From the IMG/VR virus record IMGVR_UViG_3300042922_000610, positions 1-60,783 of that record: 60,783 nt of DNA. One strand, written 5' to 3'. Of the stretch, positions 34,550 through 44,692 are shown piece after piece (position 1 is the first letter of the stretch; each line of letters opens with the position of its first letter). The stretch is from a virus (Duplodnaviria; Caudoviricetes). The position numbers were made by a program, and so were the translations under genes. Under the pieces are notes generated by a model, which searched no databases, had not been told where the DNA came from, and saw only the letters and a program-made list of their open reading frames with translations.

Positions 34550-35487
34550 GCCGCCATGGATCTCTCGCCGAGCAACTATCTGCTTTTCGTCGATACGTCA
34601 CTGAACCAGATCACGAGCCGGAGCCAATACAGACGAACTGGTCGGTAATACCGGCCAACGACAACAACCCAGAGGATTTGGAGGATATGAAAGCCGAGCG
34701 GCTCTGGGATATTTCGCCGTCGCCAGAGGAGATCATGCGGCAAGTCGGGAAGGGCGATGTGGAATACGGCACCCACATCGACGACGACGACAAGCAACAC
34801 AAGGTCATTGTTCGCATGGGTCGCCTGCGCTTCAGCGACGGTACGCAAACGGAGCAAGGTTTCAAGCTTTCCATCGACGGTCAGGTGGTTGCGGCGCAGA
34901 TCCGCATGCCAGTCGGGGCGATGCTAGGAATGACCGACAAGGAACGAGCGCAGCGAGGCGGAGATGACAACCCAGAAGATCTCAAGTGCAGCAATGATTA
35001 TTTCGCGGGAAAGGCGACGGAGTACAGACCTGCAGGCCTGTTTAAAGCGACGCCCTCGAAGCCGGTAAGGAAAACCAAACGCCAAGAGAGAACGGCGAGC
35101 ACGAGCAAGGCGGAAGATCGCAAGATGCTGGCTGACGCCATGGCCAAGACAACCGTGCCAATCACTAAATGCCCTGACGGCTTCCCGGCGCTCCCAACCA
35201 AGCTGGCACACCTCTTCCCCGGTCTGGTTAAGGTTGCTACCGGAGATTCAGGCTCTCAGTCTTGGGAAGATACAGTCATCGAGCGCGAGAATCGGAGCGA
35301 ATGGTTCAGGTGGGTCGATGGGCTTAAGCCGAAGGACAAGGCCGTGTTGGAGGCTGGCAAGTCCGCCAGGTCATTTGAAGAACTTGGGGGTGGAGAACCG
35401 AAAAGAACTGCCATTCGGCGCGGGAAGAAGGCGCTCATTGCGGCAAACGACAATTTGATGGCTGCTATCAAGGCTTGCGCGGCATAG
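34546..35487 (+). CDS. Hypothetical protein, possible late-gene regulator
   Basis: Last early gene before structured leader; function inferred from position only. Confidence 0.7.
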   Translation: MSRHGSLAEQLSAFRRYVTEPDHEPEPIQTNWSVIPANDNNPEDLEDMKAERLWDISPSPEEIMRQVGKGDVEYGTHIDDDDKQHKVIVRMGRLRFSDGTQTEQGFKLSIDGQVVAAQIRMPVGAMLGMTDKERAQRGGDDNPEDLKCSNDYFAGKATEYRPAGLFKATPSKPVRKTKRQERTASTSKAEDRKMLADAMAKTTVPITKCPDGFPALPTKLAHLFPGLVKVATGDSGSQSWEDTVIERENRSEWFRWVDGLKPKDKAVLEAGKSARSFEELGGGEPKRTAIRRGKKALIAANDNLMAAIKACAA

Positions 35488-35827
35488 TGGCACTTTCCGA
35501 CAAGTTGTCACCTTTATAGGTGAAGGGGTGGCGCAGAAAAGCTGTCACCCCACACCTTTCCGGCCGCACAGATTGTTTGCGACGGACGCTCGGCCAGAGA
35601 TGAGCCGGGCGTAACTATTGGCAGGTCCACACGGTGCACAGTTACGACGCTGCACGGTGGATAACCAAAGGCCCACCGCTATGGGAGCCGCCTGCATTCA
35701 ATGGAACCGCCTACGCCTCTCTACGATGCGCACCCTTGGCGGTCACTCCACAGCCCAGCGCCTCTGCTTCGGCACGCGTTGGCCTTCATTACCCTAGCGC
35801 GTCCTCCTCTCGCAGCTTGGGTAATCC

Positions 35828-35876
35828 GCGGCAGGCTCCCTTAAATGGTTGAGCCTGCCGCTTCTTGTTTTTTTTG
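35828..35876 (+). terminator. Intrinsic terminator
   Basis: GCGGCAGGCTC...GAGCCTGCCGC then T-rich tail. Confidence 0.75.
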
Positions 35877-35882
35877 CATCGG

Positions 35883-35976
35883 CGCGATTCTCGACCTCTC
35901 GCGCTGATCTTAGGCGGGTGGGCTTCGGCTCACCCGCTTTCAACATGAGGTCGATCCCAAACATGGAGTCGAGACC
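35883..35976 (+). repeat. Structured 5' leader, copy 1 (copy 2 at 36911-36999)
   Basis: CGCGATTCTCGACCTCTCGCG...TTCGG hairpin...GGTCGA...GGAGTCGAGACC. Confidence 0.75.
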
Positions 35977-36612
35977 ATGGGAAAAGCGAATGATTTAACG
36001 GGCGCAAGATTCGGGCGTCTTCTTGTCGTTGGCAAATCGGCCCACAAAGACGGCAAGAACACGCACTGGGATTATGTTTGCGACTGTGGAAATACAGGCC
36101 ACGCGCATACGGCCCGCCTCAACGGCGGGCAGCGCAGTTGTGGTTGCCACACAAAAGAAGCGATTGGTCCGCGCTCAATAACCCACGGGCAGACGGTCGG
36201 GTGGAAGTGGACGACAACATACCGATGCTACCGCGCAATGATCGCAAGGTGCATCTACCCAAGCCAAATGTACTACGACGATTACGGCGGTCGTGGCATT
36301 AAGGTTTGCGACAGGTGGATGCATGGCGAAAATGGTATGTCTGGATACGAATGCTTTGTTGCTGATATGGGCGAGAAGCCGCGCGGCTTAACCATCGACC
36401 GCAAGAACAATGACGGCAACTACGAGCCAGGCAATTGCCGATGGGCCACGCAGTCTGAGCAGATGTTAAACACCCGCGCTTCCAAGGTTACGCCGGAGAT
36501 GGCCGATCAAATACGGCTTGCATATAAAATCGGTGAAACGCAGATCAGGATTGCGCTTAGGTTTGGGCTTTCGCAATCTCATGTCTCAACCGTCATCAAG
36601 CAGGCAGCCTGA
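35977..36612 (+). CDS. HNH homing endonuclease
   Basis: DLTG.RFGRL, CDCG, SCGC, YGGRGIKVC, IDR.NNDGNYEPGNCRWAT. Confidence 0.9.
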   Translation: MGKANDLTGARFGRLLVVGKSAHKDGKNTHWDYVCDCGNTGHAHTARLNGGQRSCGCHTKEAIGPRSITHGQTVGWKWTTTYRCYRAMIARCIYPSQMYYDDYGGRGIKVCDRWMHGENGMSGYECFVADMGEKPRGLTIDRKNNDGNYEPGNCRWATQSEQMLNTRASKVTPEMADQIRLAYKIGETQIRIALRFGLSQSHVSTVIKQAA

Positions 36613-36904
36613 CCGCAGATCTGACGATGCACGCCAGCGGAGAAGGTTGTATAAAACCGCCCGCTGGCGTCGCATCCGACATAACCAGCTATCGCTGCAT
36701 CCGCTGTGCGCATGGTGTCTTGAGCGTGACGAAGTCACCGAGGCAACCGAAGTGCATCACGCTGTACCGCACAAGGGCAACGAGGAGATCTTCTGGAATG
36801 GCCCGTTCGTCAGCACGTGCACGCCCTGCCACTCGTCGAGAGGACAGCTAGAGGACCATGGCAAGACGGTCGTGGTGTATGGCGCGGATGGGTGGCCGAT
36901 TTAG
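36581..36904 (+). CDS. Terminase-associated HNH protein (HK97 gp74-like); start uncertain
   Basis: LYKTARW..PLCAWC..VHH..PHKG..CTPCH. Confidence 0.8.
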   Translation: MSQPSSSRQPDRRSDDARQRRRLYKTARWRRIRHNQLSLHPLCAWCLERDEVTEATEVHHAVPHKGNEEIFWNGPFVSTCTPCHSSRGQLEDHGKTVVVYGADGWPI

Positions 36905-36910
36905 ATAACT

Positions 36911-36999
36911 CGCGATTCTCGACCTCTCGCGAGCTTGGGTGGCGGGAAGTTTCGGCTTCCCGTCACTACCAATATGGGGTCGAACAGGGAGTCGAGACC
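36911..36999 (+). repeat. Structured 5' leader, copy 2
   Basis: Same conserved blocks as 35883-35976 with a different hairpin stem. Confidence 0.75.
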
Positions 37000-37791
37000 T
37001 TGTCCATGATGGATGATTTATTTGGATGCCCGCCTAGGGCAGCGAATGACAATGTTCGGGATCGCTCTGTCGAGAAGCCACGCGACAGGAGGGCTGAACA
37101 CGAACGGCGTCTAGCGCGATCGCCTGACCGTGTTTGCGAACACTGCGGGGCCGTATTCAAGAAGGTGCAAAAGGACAAGCTGCCTCCGCGATACTGCTCC
37201 AAGGTATGCAGTGGCAGCGCCGGTATGGCCGCTATCCATGCGGGAAGGCTGCCTTGTCCAGTTTCATATTCGGTGTACAGACCGCTGTGCGGGTGTTGCG
37301 GTGTGCGCTTTACCGCATCGAATAGATTGGCACGGTTGTGTTCTGATGAGTGTAGAGCGGAAGACGCGCGCGTAAAGGCTCGCAAGTACGCTGAAGCAAA
37401 CGATAACCGGGACAGATCGGCAAGGCCATGCGCAGAGTGCGGCGACCCATTCATTCCAGAATACGGGAACAAGAAGAGCAAATACTGCTCAGATAACTGC
37501 ATGAAGCGGGCCACTCGACGCGTATCAAAGGGCTTGCGTAAAGCAAGGATGAGGGCAACGATAGTTGAGCCTGTCAATCCCATTGCTGTCTTCGACCGTG
37601 ATGGATGGATGTGCCAACTGTGCGGCGTTGAGACGCCAAGAGAATTGCGCGGAACTTACGACAATGCTGCGCCCGAACTGGACCATGTCGTGCCCCTGTC
37701 AAAGGGTGGCGCTCATACATACGACAACACTCAGTGCTCTTGTCGCGAGTGCAATCAGCGTAAGAGCGACATCATGCCAATGGTCGCGTGA
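37000..37791 (+). CDS. HNH endonuclease with three Zn-finger repeats
   Basis: CxxCG..F..(Y/L)CS..C x3; RDGW.CQLCG..LDHVVPLSKGG..N..C..CN..K. Confidence 0.85.
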   Translation: MSMMDDLFGCPPRAANDNVRDRSVEKPRDRRAEHERRLARSPDRVCEHCGAVFKKVQKDKLPPRYCSKVCSGSAGMAAIHAGRLPCPVSYSVYRPLCGCCGVRFTASNRLARLCSDECRAEDARVKARKYAEANDNRDRSARPCAECGDPFIPEYGNKKSKYCSDNCMKRATRRVSKGLRKARMRATIVEPVNPIAVFDRDGWMCQLCGVETPRELRGTYDNAAPELDHVVPLSKGGAHTYDNTQCSCRECNQRKSDIMPMVA

Positions 37792-37799
37792 TTGATGGC

Positions 37800-37870
37800 C
37801 CCACAAAGGGGAGGGGGTACCGAAGGGTTGCTCGCTTGCCCGGTCGGGGGACCGGCGGGGGCCATTCTTG
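37800..37870. other. Possible cos region
   Basis: G-rich intergenic segment between HNH and terS, typical position for HK97-like cos; cut site not identifiable. Confidence 0.35.
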
Positions 37871-37905
37871 CACATTTTTTCAATTGAAATGTTGAGGGTA
37901 GGGCG

Positions 37906-38289
37906 ATGGCTAGGCCAAGGACGCCGAAGGCCAAGGCCGAAATCACCGGCCACGCCAGCAAGCAGAAAACAAAGTTTGAGGCCCGCAACGAGCCCACTGT
38001 CGCCGACAGCGTCGGGGAGCCGTTCGACTGGCTAAATGAGTTCGCGCAGAAGGCATGGCGCGAGATTGCATCTGAGGTGCCCTGGCTCAATTCGAGCCAC
38101 CGAGGCCATCTGGCGATTGCCGCAAATATCCGCGGCCGGATGATGAAGGGTGAAGACGTTGGCGTGCAAGCCATGAACCTTCTGCGCCAGTGCTACGGTC
38201 AAATGGGCGCGACGCCGGCTGATGCCAGCAAGGCTGGAGCTAAACCGGATGGCGAAAGCAAAGACCCCGCAGACGAGTTCTTCGACTAG
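37906..38289 (+). CDS. terS: Terminase small subunit
   Basis: MARPRTP..P.WL..W..MGATPADASK; position. Confidence 0.8.
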   Translation: MARPRTPKAKAEITGHASKQKTKFEARNEPTVADSVGEPFDWLNEFAQKAWREIASEVPWLNSSHRGHLAIAANIRGRMMKGEDVGVQAMNLLRQCYGQMGATPADASKAGAKPDGESKDPADEFFD

Positions 38290-40198
38290 CGTTCCGGCGC
38301 ATTTTAATCCGACGTATCCGACTGGCCCGGTTGATGAATACGCCGAGGCCGTCCTAAGCGGCACTATCATCGCTGGCCCGCACGTGCGGAACGCATGCCG
38401 ACGTCATCGGGACGATCGCAAGAACGGTCCTGCTCGCGGCATTCACTGGGATCCGGAGGCTGCTGATCGCGTCTTGCGGTTCTTTCCTGCTGTGCTTCGC
38501 CTGAACGGCGGCCAGTTCGAAGGGCGGCCGTTCCATCCGCACATTTCGCAGCAGTTCAAGATTGGCTCCATCTTTGGATGGAAGCGCGTTGAGTCTGACG
38601 GCGCAATCCTGCGCCGCTTCCGTCGCGCTTACATCGAGGAAGGGAAGGGCAACGGCAAGTCGCCTCTGGCGGCCGGCATCGGGCACTACTGCCTCACGGC
38701 TGACGGGGAGGCGGCGGCTGAAATCTATGCTGCGGCGGCCAACAAGGATCAGGCTTTCGTTCTATTTCGCGACGCTGTCGCGATGTACGAGCAGTCGCCT
38801 GCGCTTAAGTCCAAGCTGACGCCATCGGGCGGCAACCCTATCTGGAACCTATCGTATCTGAAGAAGCGATCGTTCTTTCGGCCGATCTCGCGCGAAGGCG
38901 CCCACTCTGGGCCACGTCCATACATCGCACTTTGCGACGAAATCCACGAGCATCCCGATGGCAAGGTCATCGAAATGCTCGAGCGCGGCTTCAAGTTTCG
39001 TCGCCAGCCGCTGCTGTTCATGATTACGAACTCGGGCAGCGATCGGAATTCGATTTGCTGGGACGAGCACCAGCACGCGGTGAAGGTTGCTGCGGGCACG
39101 CAGACGCCCGACGACGATTTCACTTATGTCGGCGAGGTTATCGACGACACCACGTTTTCGTATGTCTGCGCGCTCGACAAGGACGACGATCCGTTCACGG
39201 ATCCGACCTGCTGGCAGAAGGCAAACCCGCTCTTCGGTGTGACGCTGAAGCACGATTACCTTGCTGGCGTCGTCAACCAGGCGAAGGATATCCCGTCTAA
39301 GCGTAACGGAATTCTGCGGCTGCACTTCTGCGTCTGGACGGAGGCCGACACGGCGTGGATTCCTCGGCCCATCCTCGAAAAAGTGATGGTCGACTTCGAC
39401 CCATACGCCGAACACGAAGGCAGGCCAATAACTGCGGCTGGCCTCGATTTGTCGGGCGCGAAGGATTTGACGGCTGCGGCCTTCATTGTTGAGACCGGAA
39501 CCAAGCGCGTGCAGCGCGAGGACGGTACCGAGGCGGACCTGCCAACCTACGATCTATGGATTGAGGCTTGGACGCCGAGAGAGACGATGGATGAGCGGTC
39601 CAAACAGGACCACGTGCCCTATCGCCTCTGGAATGAGACGCATCACCCCGGCACCACATGGCCCTACATCCATGCTCCGGACGGAAAGCGAGTTCGCTAC
39701 GACCATGTTGCTGCACTTTTCGCACGCATCAATACCGAGCATGGTATTGGCGTTTTGGCTTACGATAACTACGCCTTCGACAAGTTCGCGGAAGAGCTCG
39801 ACGCCTATGGCGTGGATATACCGACCGTAAGCCACCCGCAGGGCGGCAAGAAACGCGCGCAGCCATCGGCTGAGAAGGTTGCGGCCGCAGAGGCGGCGGG
39901 CCTGCCGAAGCCGCTAGGGCTTTGGATGCCTGGCAGCGTTTCGGCGCTTGAAACGCTCATCCTTGAGGAGCGCATCAGGCTGCGCAGATCTCCGGTTCTG
40001 CTTGGCGCCTTGATGGGTGTGGCGATCGAAACCGACCCACTTATGGGCAACCAGTGGTTCAGCAAGAAGAAGTCGACGGTTCGCATCGACCCTGCGGTTG
40101 CTGCCGCGATGGCGGTTGGCGCTGCGGTTGATGGGACGCCTGAGCCTGTCTTTGTGGCGAGTCCATGGGACGACCCGGAATTTTCTCTAGCGGCATAG
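38249..40198 (+). CDS. terL: Terminase large subunit
   Basis: GKGNGKS, DEIHE, W.KANP, GLDLS..DLTA, RIDPAVA. Confidence 0.95.
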   Translation: MAKAKTPQTSSSTSVPAHFNPTYPTGPVDEYAEAVLSGTIIAGPHVRNACRRHRDDRKNGPARGIHWDPEAADRVLRFFPAVLRLNGGQFEGRPFHPHISQQFKIGSIFGWKRVESDGAILRRFRRAYIEEGKGNGKSPLAAGIGHYCLTADGEAAAEIYAAAANKDQAFVLFRDAVAMYEQSPALKSKLTPSGGNPIWNLSYLKKRSFFRPISREGAHSGPRPYIALCDEIHEHPDGKVIEMLERGFKFRRQPLLFMITNSGSDRNSICWDEHQHAVKVAAGTQTPDDDFTYVGEVIDDTTFSYVCALDKDDDPFTDPTCWQKANPLFGVTLKHDYLAGVVNQAKDIPSKRNGILRLHFCVWTEADTAWIPRPILEKVMVDFDPYAEHEGRPITAAGLDLSGAKDLTAAAFIVETGTKRVQREDGTEADLPTYDLWIEAWTPRETMDERSKQDHVPYRLWNETHHPGTTWPYIHAPDGKRVRYDHVAALFARINTEHGIGVLAYDNYAFDKFAEELDAYGVDIPTVSHPQGGKKRAQPSAEKVAAAEAAGLPKPLGLWMPGSVSALETLILEERIRLRRSPVLLGALMGVAIETDPLMGNQWFSKKKSTVRIDPAVAAAMAVGAAVDGTPEPVFVASPWDDPEFSLAA

Positions 40199-40206
40199 GA
40201 GGCCGT

Positions 40207-41493
40207 ATGAAGTGGCCATTTAGCCGCCAAACGGCGAACAATGCGTCGGAATCGCGCGCAAGTCCGGAAACCGAGACAGTTCCGGTAAGCGCCGAGAATT
40301 TCCTCGCATTCTTCGGTGTTCAGTCTGGCAATCTGCCTAATGTGACGATCGACACGGCGCTGAATGTGCCGGCGGTTTTCGCTGCCGTCGCATTCTTGTC
40401 GCGCACGTTGGCTGCCCTCCCGCGTCATGCCTATCGGGACACGAAGGGCGGCGCAAAACGCGTCGGCGGTAAGCTCGAGACGGTCGTCAACATCGCCCCG
40501 AACGACATTATGGGGTCGTTCAAGTTCTGGCAGTACTTCTGGCAGCAGGTGTTTTCCGGCGGGCGCGGTCTGGCCTGGATTGAGCGGACGCCGCAGGGCA
40601 TTGACGCGCTGTGGCCGATGGATCCATCCAAGACAAACATCAAGCGCGTCGGCTTCACCGTCACTTATGAGTTTGACGGCAAGACCTACCCGGCTCGCGA
40701 TGTCATTGACGTCCCGTTCATGCTGCAGACCGACGGCCTGAAGCACTACGGGCCGATCACGAAGGCAGCCAAGGCTATTCAGCTTGCGTTGGCAATGAAC
40801 GACTACGGCAGCAATTTCTTTGCAGGCGGCGGCGTTCCACCGCTTGCGCTTAAAGGTCCGCTGCCGACTGGCGCTGAGGCCATGAAGCGCGCGCAGGCGG
40901 ACATTAAGCGCTCCGTCGACGCCGCGAAGAACGCAAACGAGCCGATCTTCCCTATACCGCCTGGCTATGATCTCGACCCGGTAGGGCTGGATCCTGCCAA
41001 GGGGCAGATGATCGAGGCTCGCCGCTTCCAAGTCGAAGAAATCGCGCGAGTTTGGCAGTTGCCTCCTGTGTTCCTGCAGGATCTCAGCCGCGCGACGTTC
41101 AGCAACGTAGAGCAGCAAGACCTGCACCTCGTCAAGCACCTTATCGGCCAGTGGGCCAAGGCGCTTGAGGATGAAATGAATCTAAAGATGTTCGGCCGCG
41201 GCAATAGCGGCCGCTACATCGAGCATGCGTTGGATGGGCTCATGCGAGGCGACTTCAAGAGCCGCATTGAAGGCATCGCGAGGGCGATTCAGACTGCGCA
41301 GATGACGCCGAATGAGGCGCGCGCACTCGAGAACCGACCGGCAATGCCGAACGGCAACGATCTGCTTGTGCAAGGGGCTACCGTGCCCCTTGGCTCGCAG
41401 CCGACGAATGCGGTGCAAGGTGGATCTTCATCAGCGGATGAAGAGCCTCTGACCGCCAACGACAATCAAGAAGACGAGGCGGAAGCCGCATGA
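40207..41493 (+). CDS. Portal protein (HK97 family)
   Basis: FFAGG..P, R.FQVEEIAR.W..PP, TPNEARALEN. Confidence 0.95.
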   Translation: MKWPFSRQTANNASESRASPETETVPVSAENFLAFFGVQSGNLPNVTIDTALNVPAVFAAVAFLSRTLAALPRHAYRDTKGGAKRVGGKLETVVNIAPNDIMGSFKFWQYFWQQVFSGGRGLAWIERTPQGIDALWPMDPSKTNIKRVGFTVTYEFDGKTYPARDVIDVPFMLQTDGLKHYGPITKAAKAIQLALAMNDYGSNFFAGGGVPPLALKGPLPTGAEAMKRAQADIKRSVDAAKNANEPIFPIPPGYDLDPVGLDPAKGQMIEARRFQVEEIARVWQLPPVFLQDLSRATFSNVEQQDLHLVKHLIGQWAKALEDEMNLKMFGRGNSGRYIEHALDGLMRGDFKSRIEGIARAIQTAQMTPNEARALENRPAMPNGNDLLVQGATVPLGSQPTNAVQGGSSSADEEPLTANDNQEDEAEAA

Positions 41494-42134
41494 GTGAATT
41501 CGAGAAGCGCATTGCGCAGCAGGTTGAGCTGCGCGCCGACGAGAGCGGCGTTACGACGCTCACTGGCTACGCTGCCGTGTTCAATTCGCCCACGGATATT
41601 GGCGGATATTTCACGGAGCAGATAGCTCCTGGTGCCTTCGCCGACACCATCAAGGGTGACGTCCGCTGCCTGTTCAATCATCAGAGCGGCAATGTTCTTG
41701 GGCGCACCAAGAGCAGCACGTTGCGGCTCTGGGAGGACGAGCACGGCCTGCGGTTTGAAGTCGATCTTCCCGATACTGCTCTCGGCAGAGATGTCGGTAC
41801 GCTGGTTAAGCGCGGCGACGTGAGCGGATGCTCATTCGACTTCAGGGCGCTAAAGCAGTCCTGGGATGACACCGTCGACCCGCCCAAGCGCACGCTGGAG
41901 AAGGTCGAAATCAGTGAGGTTTCGATCGTTACGTTTCCGGCTTACGCGGACACCACGGTCGGCGTGCGCTCGCTAGAGGCCATCCGCGCAGAGGCTGAGG
42001 AAGCCAAGGCGGAGGAGAGGCGCAAGGCCGACAACGCAGTTGCCGCGGCACGGCGTGTAGCCAGCAAGCGCGCAGCAATGGAGCAAAAGTTTCGGGGCAT
42101 CCAGTCGCTGAGCGACGGGCAGGACGCCTCGTAG
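41490..42134 (+). CDS. Prohead maturation protease (HK97 family)
   Basis: GYAAVFN, LFNH, LGRT, SF.F, EVSIVTFPAY. Confidence 0.95.
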   Translation: MSEFEKRIAQQVELRADESGVTTLTGYAAVFNSPTDIGGYFTEQIAPGAFADTIKGDVRCLFNHQSGNVLGRTKSSTLRLWEDEHGLRFEVDLPDTALGRDVGTLVKRGDVSGCSFDFRALKQSWDDTVDPPKRTLEKVEISEVSIVTFPAYADTTVGVRSLEAIRAEAEEAKAEERRKADNAVAAARRVASKRAAMEQKFRGIQSLSDGQDAS

Positions 42135-42209
42135 TCACCCGGCAGAGCCGGAGGGCATGGACGATCGTCCTGCCATTTCACCAAAAACCACCACAGATTG
42201 GAGATCAGC

Positions 42210-43475
42210 ATGTCCCTTACCGACCTGCAGGAGAAGCGCGGCCGTCTTATGACGCAGGCCCGCGAAGCCCTGAACGAAATCACCGCCAACACCGACGAAG
42301 CCCGCTCCGCCGAACTCGATGCTCGCCACGACGCAATCATGGCCGACTTCGACAAGATCGAGAAGCAGATTGAGCGCGAAGAGCGTCAGGCTGCCATCGA
42401 GGCTCGCTTTGCCGAGCGCCAGAAGGAAAAGCGCCCGGTTGCCGACTCTGAGGCCCGCGGCCAGGACGTCGGCGAGAAGAAGGAATATCGTGAGGTATTC
42501 TACAAGTTCCTCGCCAGCGGCGCAGACCTCGGCGAGCTCGAAGCTGAAGAACGCGCCGTCCTGAAGGCTGGCGTTCAGTCTGCCAAGGAATTCCGCATGC
42601 AGACGACCGGCACGAATACTGCCGGCGGATACACGGTTCCGGTTGAGCTCGCCGACTTCATTGTGAAGTCGATGAAGGACTGGGGGCCCATGTACAATGA
42701 AGACATCGCTACCGTCATCTCGACGAGCTCCGGCAACATCATCAACATCCCGACCGTTGATGACACGGCCGTAACTGCCGTCGCGCACACCGAAGGCACT
42801 GCTCTTACTGACGATGGTGGCAAGGACGCGACTTTCGGCCAGAAGCAGCTTGGCGCTTACGTCTACGACACCGAGTTCGTCAAGTTCTCGATGGAGCTGG
42901 CTCAGGATTCCATCTTCAACATGGAGTCGCTGCTCGGAGCACTTCTCGGTGAACGTCTCGGCCGCATTGCCAACAACCAGCTGACGGTCGGCGACGGCAC
43001 TGGCGACCCGAACGGCGTCGTTACCGCTTCCTCGCTCGGCAAGACTGCAGCCGCTGCCGCTGCTCTGGCATCCGACGAGCTCATTGACCTGCTGCACTCG
43101 GTCAACGCGGCTTACCGCCGTTCGCCGAAGGCTCGCTGGATGTTCGCTGACACCACGCTCGCGGCTATCCGCAAGCTGAAGGACGGTCAGAACAACTACC
43201 TCTGGCAGATGGGCAACGTTCAGACGGGCGAACCCGGCACGCTGCTCGGCTATCGCTACGAGATCAACGACGACGTTCCGGCGATCGCTGCTTCGGCTAA
43301 GCCGGTTATCTTCGGCGATTTCTCGAAGTACTTCGTTCGCAAGGTTGGCTCGCCGGTCATCGGCGTTCTGCGTGAGCGCTTCTGGCCGGATCTCGGAATT
43401 GCCGGCCTCATCCGCTTCGACGGCGAGCTCGGCGACACCGCGGCGGTGAAGCACCTTGTAATGGCTGCTGCCTAA
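42210..43475 (+). CDS. Major capsid protein (HK97 fold)
   Basis: Coiled-coil delta domain, GGYTVP, G.G.G.PNG, LKDGQNNYLW, FGDFS.Y, RFDG. Confidence 0.95.
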   Translation: MSLTDLQEKRGRLMTQAREALNEITANTDEARSAELDARHDAIMADFDKIEKQIEREERQAAIEARFAERQKEKRPVADSEARGQDVGEKKEYREVFYKFLASGADLGELEAEERAVLKAGVQSAKEFRMQTTGTNTAGGYTVPVELADFIVKSMKDWGPMYNEDIATVISTSSGNIINIPTVDDTAVTAVAHTEGTALTDDGGKDATFGQKQLGAYVYDTEFVKFSMELAQDSIFNMESLLGALLGERLGRIANNQLTVGDGTGDPNGVVTASSLGKTAAAAAALASDELIDLLHSVNAAYRRSPKARWMFADTTLAAIRKLKDGQNNYLWQMGNVQTGEPGTLLGYRYEINDDVPAIAASAKPVIFGDFSKYFVRKVGSPVIGVLRERFWPDLGIAGLIRFDGELGDTAAVKHLVMAAA

Positions 43476-43520
43476 TTTTGGATGGCGGGCTTCGGCCCGC
43501 CTCCTACCTTGGGAGATGTC

Positions 43521-43751
43521 ATGAAAATCAAGATGTTGGTCAGCCTAGCTGGCACTGAATATTCGCTTGGTCCTGGCGATGAGCGTGACTTTCCGCAGAA
43601 CGAAGCGATTCGGCTGATCGACGCTGGCTACGCCGTTCCGGTTGCTGAGGAAAAGACAGAGCGCGCAGTCGCGCAGCCTGCCGCAGAGAGGCGCAAGAAG
43701 GGCAAGGCTGATGTGGTATCCAACGAAAATAACGATCCCGGCGACGAGTGA
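43521..43751 (+). CDS. Small head-associated protein
   Basis: EA.RLI.AG.A; position. Confidence 0.65.
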   Translation: MKIKMLVSLAGTEYSLGPGDERDFPQNEAIRLIDAGYAVPVAEEKTERAVAQPAAERRKKGKADVVSNENNDPGDE

Positions 43752-44256
43752 GCCGGTCACGACCGCAGACGCAAAGCGTCGTCTGCGCATAGATTTTAGT
43801 GACGACGACGCCGACATCGACTTGATGATCGAATCGGCGCGCGATCACGCAGAAAAATACTGCAATACGCGCTTCGCGACACAAACCGTTGAGATGAAGT
43901 GCGACGGTTTCTGTGATCTCGAACGGCTACCAGAAGCGCCAATTTCGTCGATCACTTCCATCTCATACGTCGACACCGACGGCGCTACGCAGACGCTGGC
44001 GACCAGCGTTTACGAACTGCGGAACGACGGGCTAGAGGCGGCGATCGTCACGAAATATGGCCAGCAGTGGCCAGCGATCCAGCCTGGCTCGCGCATCACC
44101 GTGACTGCGGTTGTCGGTTACGCAGAGGCTCCTGCGGCCGTGAAGCACGCAATCCTGCTGTTTATCGCTGATGCCTACGAGGTTCGCGAGAACGCGAAAA
44201 TTGACGATTGGACGGCGTTTGACGCCCTCCTGACAAATTTTAGACGCGGCGCGTAG
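43711..44256 (+). CDS. Head-tail connector (gp6-like)
   Basis: EPVT..AK..LRID..DD..I..AR..E; Y..RE. Confidence 0.85.
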   Translation: MWYPTKITIPATSEPVTTADAKRRLRIDFSDDDADIDLMIESARDHAEKYCNTRFATQTVEMKCDGFCDLERLPEAPISSITSISYVDTDGATQTLATSVYELRNDGLEAAIVTKYGQQWPAIQPGSRITVTAVVGYAEAPAAVKHAILLFIADAYEVRENAKIDDWTAFDALLTNFRRGA

Positions 44257-44273
44257 GCCGCAGAGGGATTCAT

Positions 44274-44690
44274 ATGGCAGACCTTACGATCACCGCTGCG
44301 AACGTAGTCGCAGGCTCCGGCGCACGCGTTGAGCACGGCACAGCGGGCGCAACAATCACGGCTGGGCAGGTTGTCTATCTGGACAGCACCACGACGGGCA
44401 AGTGGCAACTTGCCGACAACAACTCCGCGACAGCAGCCGTTCGCTCGCCCCGCGGCATCGCGCTCAACGGCGCTTCGCTGAATCAGCCTATCGCTGTTCA
44501 GACCGACGGCCCGCTTACAATCGGCGCGACGCTTACTGCCGGCGTGGCCTATTACCTCAGCGACACGCCTGGCGGTATTTGCCCGGTTGCCGATCTCACC
44601 TCTGGCGAATATCCGACCCTGCTCGGGCTTGCGACGTCCACGTCGGTGCTTGATGTCGACATCCAGAATAGCGGCGTGGCTCTGGCTTAA
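44274..44690 (+). CDS. Virion structural protein (decoration-like)
   Basis: AG.TITAGQ.VY..GIAL..YYLSDTPG; between head-completion genes. Confidence 0.65.
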   Translation: MADLTITAANVVAGSGARVEHGTAGATITAGQVVYLDSTTTGKWQLADNNSATAAVRSPRGIALNGASLNQPIAVQTDGPLTIGATLTAGVAYYLSDTPGGICPVADLTSGEYPTLLGLATSTSVLDVDIQNSGVALA

Positions 44691-44692
44691 TC

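Noticed and set aside
39805-43454. Long antisense ORFs (39805-41139, 42135-43454)
   Set aside because: Shadows of portal and capsid genes caused by GC-rich codon bias; no RBS or motifs.
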